This document shows positions 26,401-33,444 of a stretch of 33,444 bases of DNA, one piece after another. The position numbers were made by a program, and so were the translations under genes. Every line of letters begins with the position of its first letter. Positions within the stretch are counted from its first letter, which is position 1. The notes under the pieces are model-generated. The model saw only the letters and a program-made list of their open reading frames with translations, did no database searches and was not told where the DNA came from. This stretch comes from Gallionellaceae bacterium (GTDB lineage Bacteria > Pseudomonadota > Gammaproteobacteria > Burkholderiales > Gallionellaceae), in contig JAKFXW010000034.1 of NCBI GenBank assembly GCA_021731185.1, forward strand, positions 1 to 33,444, given 5' to 3'.

Positions 26401-27552
26401 GGCTTGGGTTATGCGCTGAACGATGTACATATCAAGGCCAGCACGCCAGGCAAAATAATCTTGGCTAAAGTGGCTGCACCTCAAATCAATGGCGAAGTGA
26501 AATGGCAACCGCAGGGCAAGGGCAGATTAACAGTGCGATTAACATCACTGAATCTGCAAAAAGCCCCCGATTTACTCAGCGACCAGCCTGCTCGATCTTT
26601 AACAGAAACACCGCCAGGTCAGACCGACGAGCAGCCTGCCGCAGACAGCACACAGACAGGTACTGCGTTGCCAAGCGATCCGAGTATGCTGGCCATCACG
26701 GGAAAGCAAACCTTCCCAACGTTTGATTTGGCGGTGGACAATCTTACCTGGAATAAAATTTCCTGGGGTAAACTTGAGTTATTGTTGGGCAAACAGGTTA
26801 ACGGGTCGGAGCAAATCTGGCTGGCTGAACGCATACATGTCACCACACCGGAAGGCGTGATGGCAGGAGATGGCAAATGGATAATCACACCCGATAGTCA
26901 GCAAACACAAATAAATATTGGTCTGGATATTTTTAATTCCGGCAGACTGCTATCCCGGCTGGGATACCCCGATAGCGTGAAAGATGGCGCAGGTCGGCTC
27001 GAAGGAAATTTTTATTGGCAGGGCGGGCCGCAAGCATTTGGCGTTGCGGTGTTGGATGGCGCGCTGAAGTTGAATGTGGGCAAGGGGCAATTTCTGCAAG
27101 TCGATCCCGGTATAGGCAAATTGCTCAGTGTATTCAGTTTACAGGCTTTACCCAAGCGCATTACACTGGATTTTACGGACGTGTTTAGTAAAGGGTTTAA
27201 GTTTGACCAAATCAGCAGTACCGCGCAAATCAGGCAAGGCTTAATGCAAATTGATGATTTCAAAATTGAAGGATCAGCCGCCAAAGTGACCATGCGTGGA
27301 CAAGTGGATTTAATTCAGGAAACGCAGGATTTACGTGTGCGTATCCTGCCCACCATCAGCGATACCGTTTCCCTATTGGGATTTGCCGCAGGCCCTGCAG
27401 TGGGTATGGGAGTATTACTGGCTAATAAAATTTTTAGAGATCCCCTCGATAAGTTAGTATCATTTGAATACAATGTAGACGGAACATGGGCAGCACCCAA
27501 TGTAGTTAAGCTGGGTAGCAGTCGAGAGGCAGAAGGGGTGACGGGACATTGA
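23443..27552 (+). CDS. yhdP: YhdP (TIGR02099, AsmA-like) phospholipid transport family protein
   Basis: 1369 aa with an N-terminal TM anchor, C-terminal GKLLSVFSLQALPKRITLDFTDVFSKGFKFD and YNVDGTWAAP. Conserved position between glnE and nitrilase-tldD. Confidence 0.9.
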   Translation: MPKKILKNSLLSFKILARILVAGIVLLSAVIWLWSKFWLFPDIEHYHEDITTIASQVANQPITIGKIQADWHGIRPRLIFSDVRMLDNKGHTTLSFQRIENVLSWRTLITRKVRLHSLEIQNPDLHIRRDLLGKIHVANFSLKSEAAEQVTDSNVPQGDNVLDMILHPPRIVVSDARITWKDELNAAPELLFEHVNLLIDNDESRHRFAVRAQPPAQLSTNLDVRGDFYGDSFADPKAWYGQAYTHLNYANIPAWEPWLPTVSVLKRGKGAVRGWMDVRAGQVFRMTMDVALSGISTQLADDVLPLEILTMRGRLVWENVSNGFEIALRKFSLKLNNGLDVQPVDFYLRLAKATDTQPASGEVRADSLELMGLVSLASFLPLNSDSRQQLIDFAPSGQVTKLQAKWSGNFDRLQNLDIQAKFDNLALRRVGGIPGFSGLSGQINGNEDAGTLTLRSNNLKLDAPQIMPEPLQLDSLTAKTSWQKNDLGYAIQYENVSVENQDAAGIISGSFQTLADGPGEIDLKVNLTRALVQRTSRYIPLVALKSAGNAWVKQALLDGQSNDFSLILRGNLKKFPFDEKDSGLFQIKASAIGAAVKYHPDWPVIDQGVAKFTIQGRRLKTFVSTAVTMGGHLQNVSVVMPDITSPNLMLKIRGEAKGKTSHFLDFIQQSPVRGYIDEASDNISTQGSGKLILSLDIPLPGRTTNSNSNELPDVANTAAASTPVAIAPTARKITARKIVASTPVKVAGNYHFIENDVTLPGGIVVQQASGHLLFTESSLRTKNVTGQVFGGPASIVLKRKLGKPLVVKAQGVTHMDQLRHSVSHPILNYLHGSIPWEANITVQPKRINVQVTSNMTGVQFDMPVPFTKQASEQIPLAFEMQRTASQETLSLQYGKLLDAKLVRYKKKGEWLVHGGNIHFGALPEQGSSAQGSSAGVIQPGIWMTGAVPELAVQGWGKLLESTSGDGALNLSSFNFKGADLLIKKISGLGYALNDVHIKASTPGKIILAKVAAPQINGEVKWQPQGKGRLTVRLTSLNLQKAPDLLSDQPARSLTETPPGQTDEQPAADSTQTGTALPSDPSMLAITGKQTFPTFDLAVDNLTWNKISWGKLELLLGKQVNGSEQIWLAERIHVTTPEGVMAGDGKWIITPDSQQTQINIGLDIFNSGRLLSRLGYPDSVKDGAGRLEGNFYWQGGPQAFGVAVLDGALKLNVGKGQFLQVDPGIGKLLSVFSLQALPKRITLDFTDVFSKGFKFDQISSTAQIRQGLMQIDDFKIEGSAAKVTMRGQVDLIQETQDLRVRILPTISDTVSLLGFAAGPAVGMGVLLANKIFRDPLDKLVSFEYNVDGTWAAPNVVKLGSSREAEGVTGH
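23905..23923 (+). repeat. 18-19 bp palindromic element, copy 4 (in frame in yhdP, VPQGDNV)
   Basis: GTCCCACAAGGGGACAATG, with a CAATGT direct repeat at 23901-23906 and 23919-23924. Confidence 0.9.
25626..25655 (+). repeat. Perfect 2 x 15-bp tandem duplication in yhdP (TARKI-TARKI)
   Basis: TACTGCCAGAAAAAT occurs twice. Confidence 0.9.
26215..26244 (+). repeat. 2 x 15-bp tandem duplication in yhdP (QGSSA-QGSSA)
   Basis: CAGGGTTCGAGCGCG / CAGGGTTCAAGCGCG (14/15). Confidence 0.85.
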
Positions 27553-27625
27553 TACCGCCCGTACCAACAAAGGTAAAACCCTTGAAAATTGAACCCGCAG
27601 CACCATTATAAAAAGTGATTCCTAA

Positions 27626-28483
27626 ATGATAGATGTAAATTCCACTCAGAAACGCATAGCCGCACAGAAACAAAGCTTCAAAGTGGCCGCGGTGCAGATG
27701 GCCTCTGGCCCCAACGTGGTCAATAACTTAAATGAGGCTGAACGGCTGATTGAAAAAGCAGCCGAGCAAGGTGCGCAGCTGGTCGTGTTGCCTGAATATT
27801 TCCCTGTGATGGGATTGAACGATATGGCTAAGGTGGCGGTGCGCGAAAAACCTAATGACGGAGTAATTCAAACATTCCTCAGCAAGACTGCGCACAAATA
27901 TAAAGTTTGGCTGGTCGGCGGCTCTATCCCGCTGGTGGCCAGCACGCCAGACAAGGTGCTTAATAGCTGCTTAGTCTTTGACGAATACGGCGAGCAAGTG
28001 GCGCGCTATGACAAAATTCATCTATTCAATCTCAATTTAGGTAATGAGCAATATCACGAGGGTCAAACCATTGAGCCGGGTAACAAGGTTGTAGTAGTAG
28101 ACAGTCCGTTTGGTCGAATCGGCTTGGCGATTTGTTACGACCTGCGCTTTCCTGAACTCTTCCGCGCCATGGGCAATGTCGACATCATTGTTTTACCCTC
28201 GGCCTTTACTGAAACCACGGGCAAGATGCATTGGGAAGTGTTGGTGCGCGCGCGTGCGGTTGAAAACCTGGCCTACGTCGTGGCGGCAGCGCAGGGCGGT
28301 TATCATCTCAGTGGCCGCGAAACGCATGGCAATAGCATGATTGTGGATCCGTGGGGGCGTGTGCTGGATCGGTTGCCGCGTGGCTCTGGCGTTGTGATCG
28401 CCGCCGTTAATCCTTCCTACCAGAATAGCTTGCGCGCAAGCTTGCCCGCACTGTCACACCGCACGCTACAGATTGCAATGTAG
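27626..28483 (+). CDS. Carbon-nitrogen hydrolase (nitrilase superfamily, Nit1-like amidase)
   Basis: Catalytic triad motifs VVLPEYF, YDKIHLF and AICYDLRFPE, plus RARAVEN and GNSMIVDPWG. Confidence 0.92.
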   Translation: MIDVNSTQKRIAAQKQSFKVAAVQMASGPNVVNNLNEAERLIEKAAEQGAQLVVLPEYFPVMGLNDMAKVAVREKPNDGVIQTFLSKTAHKYKVWLVGGSIPLVASTPDKVLNSCLVFDEYGEQVARYDKIHLFNLNLGNEQYHEGQTIEPGNKVVVVDSPFGRIGLAICYDLRFPELFRAMGNVDIIVLPSAFTETTGKMHWEVLVRARAVENLAYVVAAAQGGYHLSGRETHGNSMIVDPWGRVLDRLPRGSGVVIAAVNPSYQNSLRASLPALSHRTLQIAM

Positions 28484-28536
28484 CTACAGATTGCAATATA
28501 AAAGGGCATCTCTAAATCCACTACACTTCATTGATG

Positions 28537-28566
28537 GGGGATTGAGTATGAATGAAGCTCAACCCC
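28537..28566. repeat. Intergenic hairpin between the nitrilase and tldD (REP-like)
   Basis: GGGGATTGAGT...GCTCAACCCC imperfect stem. Confidence 0.3.
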
Positions 28567-28622
28567 TCGTGCGTTTTAAATAGCATTTCTTAAACTGATC
28601 GCCAGATAAATAAACTTAACCT

Positions 28623-30080
28623 ATGCCCACTAACGAAACAATATTTGCACTTGCCCAGCAATCATTACTGGCTCCTCATGCTTTAGATACCGGCCATTTG
28701 GAGCAGGTGTTTGGAAAAATGATGGCGCACAAGTTGGATTATGCCGACTTGTATTTTCAGTACACCCGCGCGGAAAGTTGGTCGCTAGAAGAGGGCATCG
28801 TTAAATCCGGCAGCTTTGGCATTGACCAAGGCGTAGGGGTGCGCGCCATCAGCGGTGAGAAAACCGCGTTTGCGTATTCAGATGATATTAGCTTGGTTGC
28901 TCTGGAAAGCGCAGCACTCGCTACACGTGCCATTGCTCGGCAGGGCGGCACACAAAGCGTGCCAATGTTGCAGGGCGGTTTAAAAAAAGCGACGGATAAA
29001 AATCTGTATCTGCCACACGATCCCATTGCCAGCTTGAAAGATACCGACAAAGTGAAATTGCTGGAGCGGCTGGAGAAATACGCCAGAGCAATAGATTCAC
29101 GAGTCACGCAGGTGATGGCGGGACTGGCGGGTGAATATGATGTGGTGCTGGTGGCGCGTAGCGATGGCTTGTTGCGGGCCGATATTCGCCCATTAGTGCG
29201 ACTCTCGGTGCAGGTGATTGTCGAGAGCAATGGTCGACGCGAACAAGGCTCGTCTGGAGGCGGTGGGCGTTTTGATTATACGTATTTCACCGATGAGGTG
29301 TTGCAGGATTACGCAGCGAAAGCGGTACATCAGGCGGTCATTAATCTCGATGCCGCCCCTGCCCCTGCCGGCAATATGACAGTGGTGCTGGGTTCCGGCT
29401 GGCCGGGAATTTTGCTGCACGAAGCAGTGGGGCACGGGTTGGAAGGAGATTTTAATCGCAAGGGTAGCTCGGTTTTTTCCGGACGCATCGGCGAACGTGT
29501 GGCGGCTAAAGGCGTGACGGTGGTGGACGATGGCACCATTGCAGATCGGCGCGGTTCGCTGAACATGGATGATGAAGGCAATCCCACGCAGCGCAATGTG
29601 CTCATCGAAGATGGTATTTTGATAGGCTATCTGCAGGATACTTTAAATGCACGATTGATGGGCGTGCCCGTCACCGGCAATGCGCGGCGCGAATCGTATG
29701 CACACATCCCCATGCCGCGCATGACCAATACCACGATGATGAATGGCACACGCGATCCGCAGGAAATTATTGCGTCGGTCAAACGTGGTTTGTATGCAGT
29801 GAATTTTGGTGGTGGGCAAGTCGACATCACCAGCGGTAAATTTGTTTTCTCTACTGCAGAAGCGTACATGATCGAAGATGGAAAAATTACCTATCCGGTA
29901 AAAGGCGCGACACTCATCGGTAATGGTCCGGAAGCACTCACGCGTGTTTCCATGATCGGAAACGACACCGCACTCGATCCCGGCGTGGGCGTGTGCGGCA
30001 AAGAAGGGCAGAGTGTGCCGGTGGGAGTAGGCCAGCCTACCGTGAGAATCGATGGGTTGACGGTGGGTGGCACAGCGTAA
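28623..30080 (+). CDS. tldD: Metalloprotease TldD
   Basis: [54 protein letters not shown] (HExxGH), PMPRMTNT and [16 protein letters not shown]. Confidence 0.97.
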   Translation: MPTNETIFALAQQSLLAPHALDTGHLEQVFGKMMAHKLDYADLYFQYTRAESWSLEEGIVKSGSFGIDQGVGVRAISGEKTAFAYSDDISLVALESAALATRAIARQGGTQSVPMLQGGLKKATDKNLYLPHDPIASLKDTDKVKLLERLEKYARAIDSRVTQVMAGLAGEYDVVLVARSDGLLRADIRPLVRLSVQVIVESNGRREQGSSGGGGRFDYTYFTDEVLQDYAAKAVHQAVINLDAAPAPAGNMTVVLGSGWPGILLHEAVGHGLEGDFNRKGSSVFSGRIGERVAAKGVTVVDDGTIADRRGSLNMDDEGNPTQRNVLIEDGILIGYLQDTLNARLMGVPVTGNARRESYAHIPMPRMTNTTMMNGTRDPQEIIASVKRGLYAVNFGGGQVDITSGKFVFSTAEAYMIEDGKITYPVKGATLIGNGPEALTRVSMIGNDTALDPGVGVCGKEGQSVPVGVGQPTVRIDGLTVGGTA

Positions 30081-30213
30081 AAAAATTAAATTTCCGTCGC
30101 TATGCTGTGTTGCTCATAAAAAATTATGCCTAACATATCAAAAATATGCGTCGGCTTAATTTTTTACTCGCGCCTTGCCTAGCTTGGATATTTAAATTTT
30201 TGAGAGTCCCTAG
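30081..30213 (-). repeat. ~130-bp palindromic non-autonomous element (RPE-like), left arm abutting the tldD stop
   Basis: Outer arms AAAAATTAAATTTCC / GGATATTTAAATTTTT and inner AAAAAATTA..GCC..CATAT-N5-ATATG..GGC.TAATTTTTT. The minus strand carries GCAAGGCGC...GAGCAACACAGCA as in 12759-12880. Confidence 0.75.
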
Positions 30214-30226
30214 GTCATGTTATGAA

Positions 30227-31027
30227 TCAGAAACGCTGCCCCATCTTGATGCCGAATTCTAGGGTGTTGTTCAGCGGCTCTACGAGACCAAATCCCGCAA
30301 AGAGACCATTGATGAGTTTGGGGACAACTTCTGATTCCTCAATATTCCAGTAATGCACGTAAGGGCCTATCGACGATTTATCTTGATCGTAAGTCATGCT
30401 CATCTTCAGGCCATAACCTTTATTCTGGGTATTGGTGGGGTCACTGTGGCCTTGTCCGCCATCCGATAATCTGGAAACTTGTTTGCCAATTAGCAGATGA
30501 TCATATTCCAGAGTTAATACCAACCGTGCATCGTCTGCTAGCGCGCTACGGTGTATCAGGCCAACCGGTAAATAAAAATAATTACTCTCGCGGCGATAGC
30601 CAAAATATCCCGCCGTGGTTATACCGCGCCCATCATGAAGCAGGTAGCGATAGCCGATTCCTGTATAAATGGCCAATACTGCATTGTCGCCCCCCCAGTC
30701 ATGACCGACTAATCCTCTGGCTTCCATGTACCAAATGGGATTGCCCGTGGCACTGCCAGTGCCAGAACTACTGTAATCCACTTGACCCAATGCAAAGCGC
30801 ACATCACCGCGCACAAAGTGACCATTCGGCAAAGCCTTGGTCGCAAGAAAATCTAGTCCCAATTTATACCCATCCAGCGACATCAGTCCCGGTTCTTTGT
30901 AGCGGTATGAACCTATGGATGCGCTGATTTCCTTACCTGTTTCAGTGTTAAGAGGAAGTGCTTCAACGCAGGTAGAGAAGTTGATAAAAAATACTGTCGA
31001 GAGGATTGCAGCGGGTATTTTTGTCAT
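30227..31027 (-). CDS. Outer membrane beta-barrel protein of unknown function
   Basis: Signal peptide, YRYKEPGLM, alternating aromatic strands (YTGIGYRYL, YFYLPVGL) and C-terminal EFGIKMGQRF. ATG 31027 is preferred over TTG 31060. Confidence 0.75.
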   Translation of the reverse strand: MTKIPAAILSTVFFINFSTCVEALPLNTETGKEISASIGSYRYKEPGLMSLDGYKLGLDFLATKALPNGHFVRGDVRFALGQVDYSSSGTGSATGNPIWYMEARGLVGHDWGGDNAVLAIYTGIGYRYLLHDGRGITTAGYFGYRRESNYFYLPVGLIHRSALADDARLVLTLEYDHLLIGKQVSRLSDGGQGHSDPTNTQNKGYGLKMSMTYDQDKSSIGPYVHYWNIEESEVVPKLINGLFAGFGLVEPLNNTLEFGIKMGQRF

Positions 31028-31436
31028 AGGAAACACGGCGGATTCAAAAACCAACCGCAACAGTTAACAGTCGAGCCAGTAAAACATCGGTGCAATCGGC
31101 CGATCCCTTGCTGGTATTTATTTTGGTACGCTACGTCGATATTCGCTGTTGAAATATTTAGTGACTACGCGAACCTCGGTTTGGTCTATTTTAATTCAAA
31201 ATTGAATGAACCGAAACCCAAGTAATTTACCATACCGGCTACTATTTCATTTATGCCTACGATGTTCTGTGCGCTAACGCACATTAAAGAAGATTTTTTA
31301 GGTAACCGTATCAAAACAATAGTGAGAAACCTTGCGATAAAGAAGGAGTGCACGGGCAAATAATGGCGCAATGCACAGAAGGAAAGATGAGACCGGAAAA
31401 CGCGGTCAAGCGACTGACATTAGCTAAGCAGCCTTC

Positions 31437-31466
31437 TTAATTATGGTTAATTATGGTTAGTTGTGG
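31437..31466. repeat. 10-bp tandem repeat spanning the topA stop codon
   Basis: TTAATTATGG / TTAATTATGG / TTAGTTGTGG. Confidence 0.7.
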
Positions 31467-33444
31467 CTATTGATTTTTTACGCGTAGGTTTTTTGGGAGA
31501 GGCTGGGGGGTTCGTGGTGGATGGATTTTCCGTAAGCGCAGCTTTCTTGGTAGTGATAGTCCTGGTAGTTACAATTTTCTTTATCGCAGGTTGAGCTGCT
31601 GACTTTACTGTTGTCTTTTTGGTTGTCGCTTTCTCAGCAGTGGGTTTTTTTCTAGAGGTTGATTTTTTTTGCACTGGCCCTTTGGCGATGCGAGCCGCTA
31701 ACAGAGCCAAACCTTCCTCCAAAGTCATTTCTTCCGGGGTTATATCCTTAGGCAAAGACGCATTAATCTTGCCATGCTTTACATAAGGGCCGTAACGACC
31801 TTCACAGATGGTGATGGGCATCTTATCCTCAGGGTGTGGGCCTAGCTCCCGCAACACGGCATTCGAGGTTCGGGCTTGCGCCAATAACTCCACCGCACGG
31901 TCTAATTTAATGTTTAGAATATTGTCGCTTCTGGGGATGGATTTAAATTTTCCGTCATGCGCTATATAAGGTCCAAAGCGACCAATATTGACCACAACTT
32001 TTTTGCCCGTTTCTGGATGCTCGCCTAGTTCTTTCGGTAATTGCAGCAGTTGCAGTGCGAGGGCTAAATCGGCAATTTCAGGCGAGATTTCTTTGGGCAA
32101 TGAAACGCGTTTAGGTTTAGCTTTGACCTCAGGCTTTGCATCACCTTCAGCCTTGGCTTTGCTACCCGATTTAACTTTACTATCTGGCTTGGCTTTACTT
32201 TCAGGCTTGGTTTTTATTTCAGGTACAACCTCGCCCAATTGCACGTAATAACCAAAAGGGCCGCGCAATAATAGTACAGGCAAGCCACTGACCGGATCCG
32301 CGCCCAATTCTTTTCGCGCCTCCCCTGCATCGGCATCGCCTGCCATGTTGCGGGTGTAGTCACATTCCGGATAGGCCGTGCAGCCGATGAAATTACCGCG
32401 CTTGCCCAGCCGCGTAGCCAGTGGCTTGCCGCACTTGGGGCAAGCTTCGTTAATCAGTGCCTGCGTAACATCCTTGCGCTCAATGTGCATTTTTTCTTGA
32501 ATGAGCGCGGTAAATGGATGCCAGAATTCGCTGAGCACAGGAATCCAATCACGCTTTCCATCCGACACTTCGTCCAGCTCATCTTCCATTTGCGCAGTGA
32601 AGCCATAGTCAACATAGCGCGTGAAATGTTCAGTTAAAAATCGAATCACCACTCGCCCTACATCGGTAGGCTTGAAACGCTTCTTGTCGAGCAACGCATA
32701 TTCGCGCGCTTGCAGGGTAGAAATTATGCTGGCGTATGTCGAAGGGCGACCGATGCCATACTCTTCCAGCGCCTTAATTAAACTGGCTTCAGAAAAACGC
32801 GGCGGAGCCTGGGTGAAATGTTGTTCGCCATAAAGTTTATCCAGCGAAATAGTTTCACCTTCAGCCAGCGGCGGCAACTTGTTGCTGGCCTCTTCTTCAG
32901 CATCATCAACACTTTCCTGGTAGACCGAAATAAATCCCGGAAAGATCAACGTCTGGCCACTGGCGCGAAATAAAGTATCATCACCGCCTAAACGAATATC
33001 CAAACTGACAATTTCAAAACGCGCAGGCGTAATTTGGCTGGCCAGCGTGCGCTTCCATATCATTTCATAAAGCCGGGCTTGATCCGCATTCAGAAATTTT
33101 TGTACGTTATCCGGTATGCGGGCAATACCGGTTGGACGTATAGCCTCATGGGCTTCCTGCGCGTTTTTTGTTTTGCTCTTATACACCATCGGTGCACCGG
33201 GCAGATAGTCCGCTGAAAAATGCTCAGTGATATATCCGCGAATCTCCTGCAAAGCTTCTTTCGCCAGCGTTACCGAGTCGGTACGCATATAGGTAATCAA
33301 GCCGACAGTTTGCCCGCCAATGTCGATACCTTCATATAATTGCTGCGCGATGCGCATGGTGCGATCTGCCGACATACCCAGTTTACGCGCCGCCTCCTGC
33401 TGCATGGTTGAAGTAGTAAAAGGCGCGGCGGCATGACGCTGTTT
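31447..33444 (-). CDS. topA: DNA topoisomerase I (type IA), C-terminal part; 5' end is beyond the window
   Basis: The frame is open to the edge (APFTTSTMQQEAARKLG). Motifs: GLITYMRTDS (catalytic Tyr), AQEAHEAIRPT and GIGRPSTYA, one Zn finger CPKC..CTAYPEC, three G.FGPY-type C-terminal repeats and a Lys-rich tail. Confidence 0.96.
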   Translation of the reverse strand, partial: KQRHAAAPFTTSTMQQEAARKLGMSADRTMRIAQQLYEGIDIGGQTVGLITYMRTDSVTLAKEALQEIRGYITEHFSADYLPGAPMVYKSKTKNAQEAHEAIRPTGIARIPDNVQKFLNADQARLYEMIWKRTLASQITPARFEIVSLDIRLGGDDTLFRASGQTLIFPGFISVYQESVDDAEEEASNKLPPLAEGETISLDKLYGEQHFTQAPPRFSEASLIKALEEYGIGRPSTYASIISTLQAREYALLDKKRFKPTDVGRVVIRFLTEHFTRYVDYGFTAQMEDELDEVSDGKRDWIPVLSEFWHPFTALIQEKMHIERKDVTQALINEACPKCGKPLATRLGKRGNFIGCTAYPECDYTRNMAGDADAGEARKELGADPVSGLPVLLLRGPFGYYVQLGEVVPEIKTKPESKAKPDSKVKSGSKAKAEGDAKPEVKAKPKRVSLPKEISPEIADLALALQLLQLPKELGEHPETGKKVVVNIGRFGPYIAHDGKFKSIPRSDNILNIKLDRAVELLAQARTSNAVLRELGPHPEDKMPITICEGRYGPYVKHGKINASLPKDITPEEMTLEEGLALLAARIAKGPVQKKSTSRKKPTAEKATTKKTTVKSAAQPAIKKIVTTRTITTKKAALTENPSTTNPPASPKKPTRKKSIATTNHN
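32107..32214 (-). repeat. 6 x 18-bp degenerate tandem repeat in topA
   Basis: KTKPES-KAKPDS-KVKSGS-KAKAEG-DAKPEV-KAKPKR. Confidence 0.75.

Noticed and set aside
4722-30330. Partial GGGACAA/TGTCCC matches at about 4722, 12038, 15955, 16606, 17936 and 30319 as extra copies of the 18-bp element
   Set aside because: Only 8-10 bp match, and most are explained by ordinary codons.
412-33216. The many short ORF-track entries overlapping the main genes (for example 412-645, 1132-1578, 1991-2509, 4773-5324, 28757-29230)
   Set aside because: They lie antisense to, or out of frame within, well-supported genes and show no recognisable motifs.

Overview
Chromosomal window of a betaproteobacterium, probably Nitrosomonadales/Gallionellaceae-like. 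This taxonomy is an inference from the glnE<>yhdP-nitrilase-tldD synteny and protein style, not a database result. Genes in order: partial hrpA, an orphan GspE/PulE ATPase, a DUF1566 protein, a copper/silver RND efflux cluster (Cys/His-rich small ORF, TolC-family, cusB, cusA, a decayed ORF remnant, cusF), waaA, ttcA, pteridine reductase, MidA-type SAM methyltransferase, PfkB kinase, bioA, class III adenylate cyclase, glnE, yhdP, nitrilase-family hydrolase, tldD, an outer-membrane beta-barrel and partial topA. I found no rRNA, tRNA, CRISPR array, transposase or reverse transcriptase. The most unusual signal is at the DNA level. (1) An 18-19 bp palindrome, GYCCCACAAGGGGACAATG, occurs four times, three of them in frame inside cusB, glnE and yhdP. 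(2) A ~350 bp stack of nested palindromic elements lies between bioA and the cyclase. (3) A family of ~120-130 bp RPE-like palindromes is present. (4) There is an apparent excess of in-frame 15-bp tandem duplications, plus a 30-bp inverted repeat inside hrpA.
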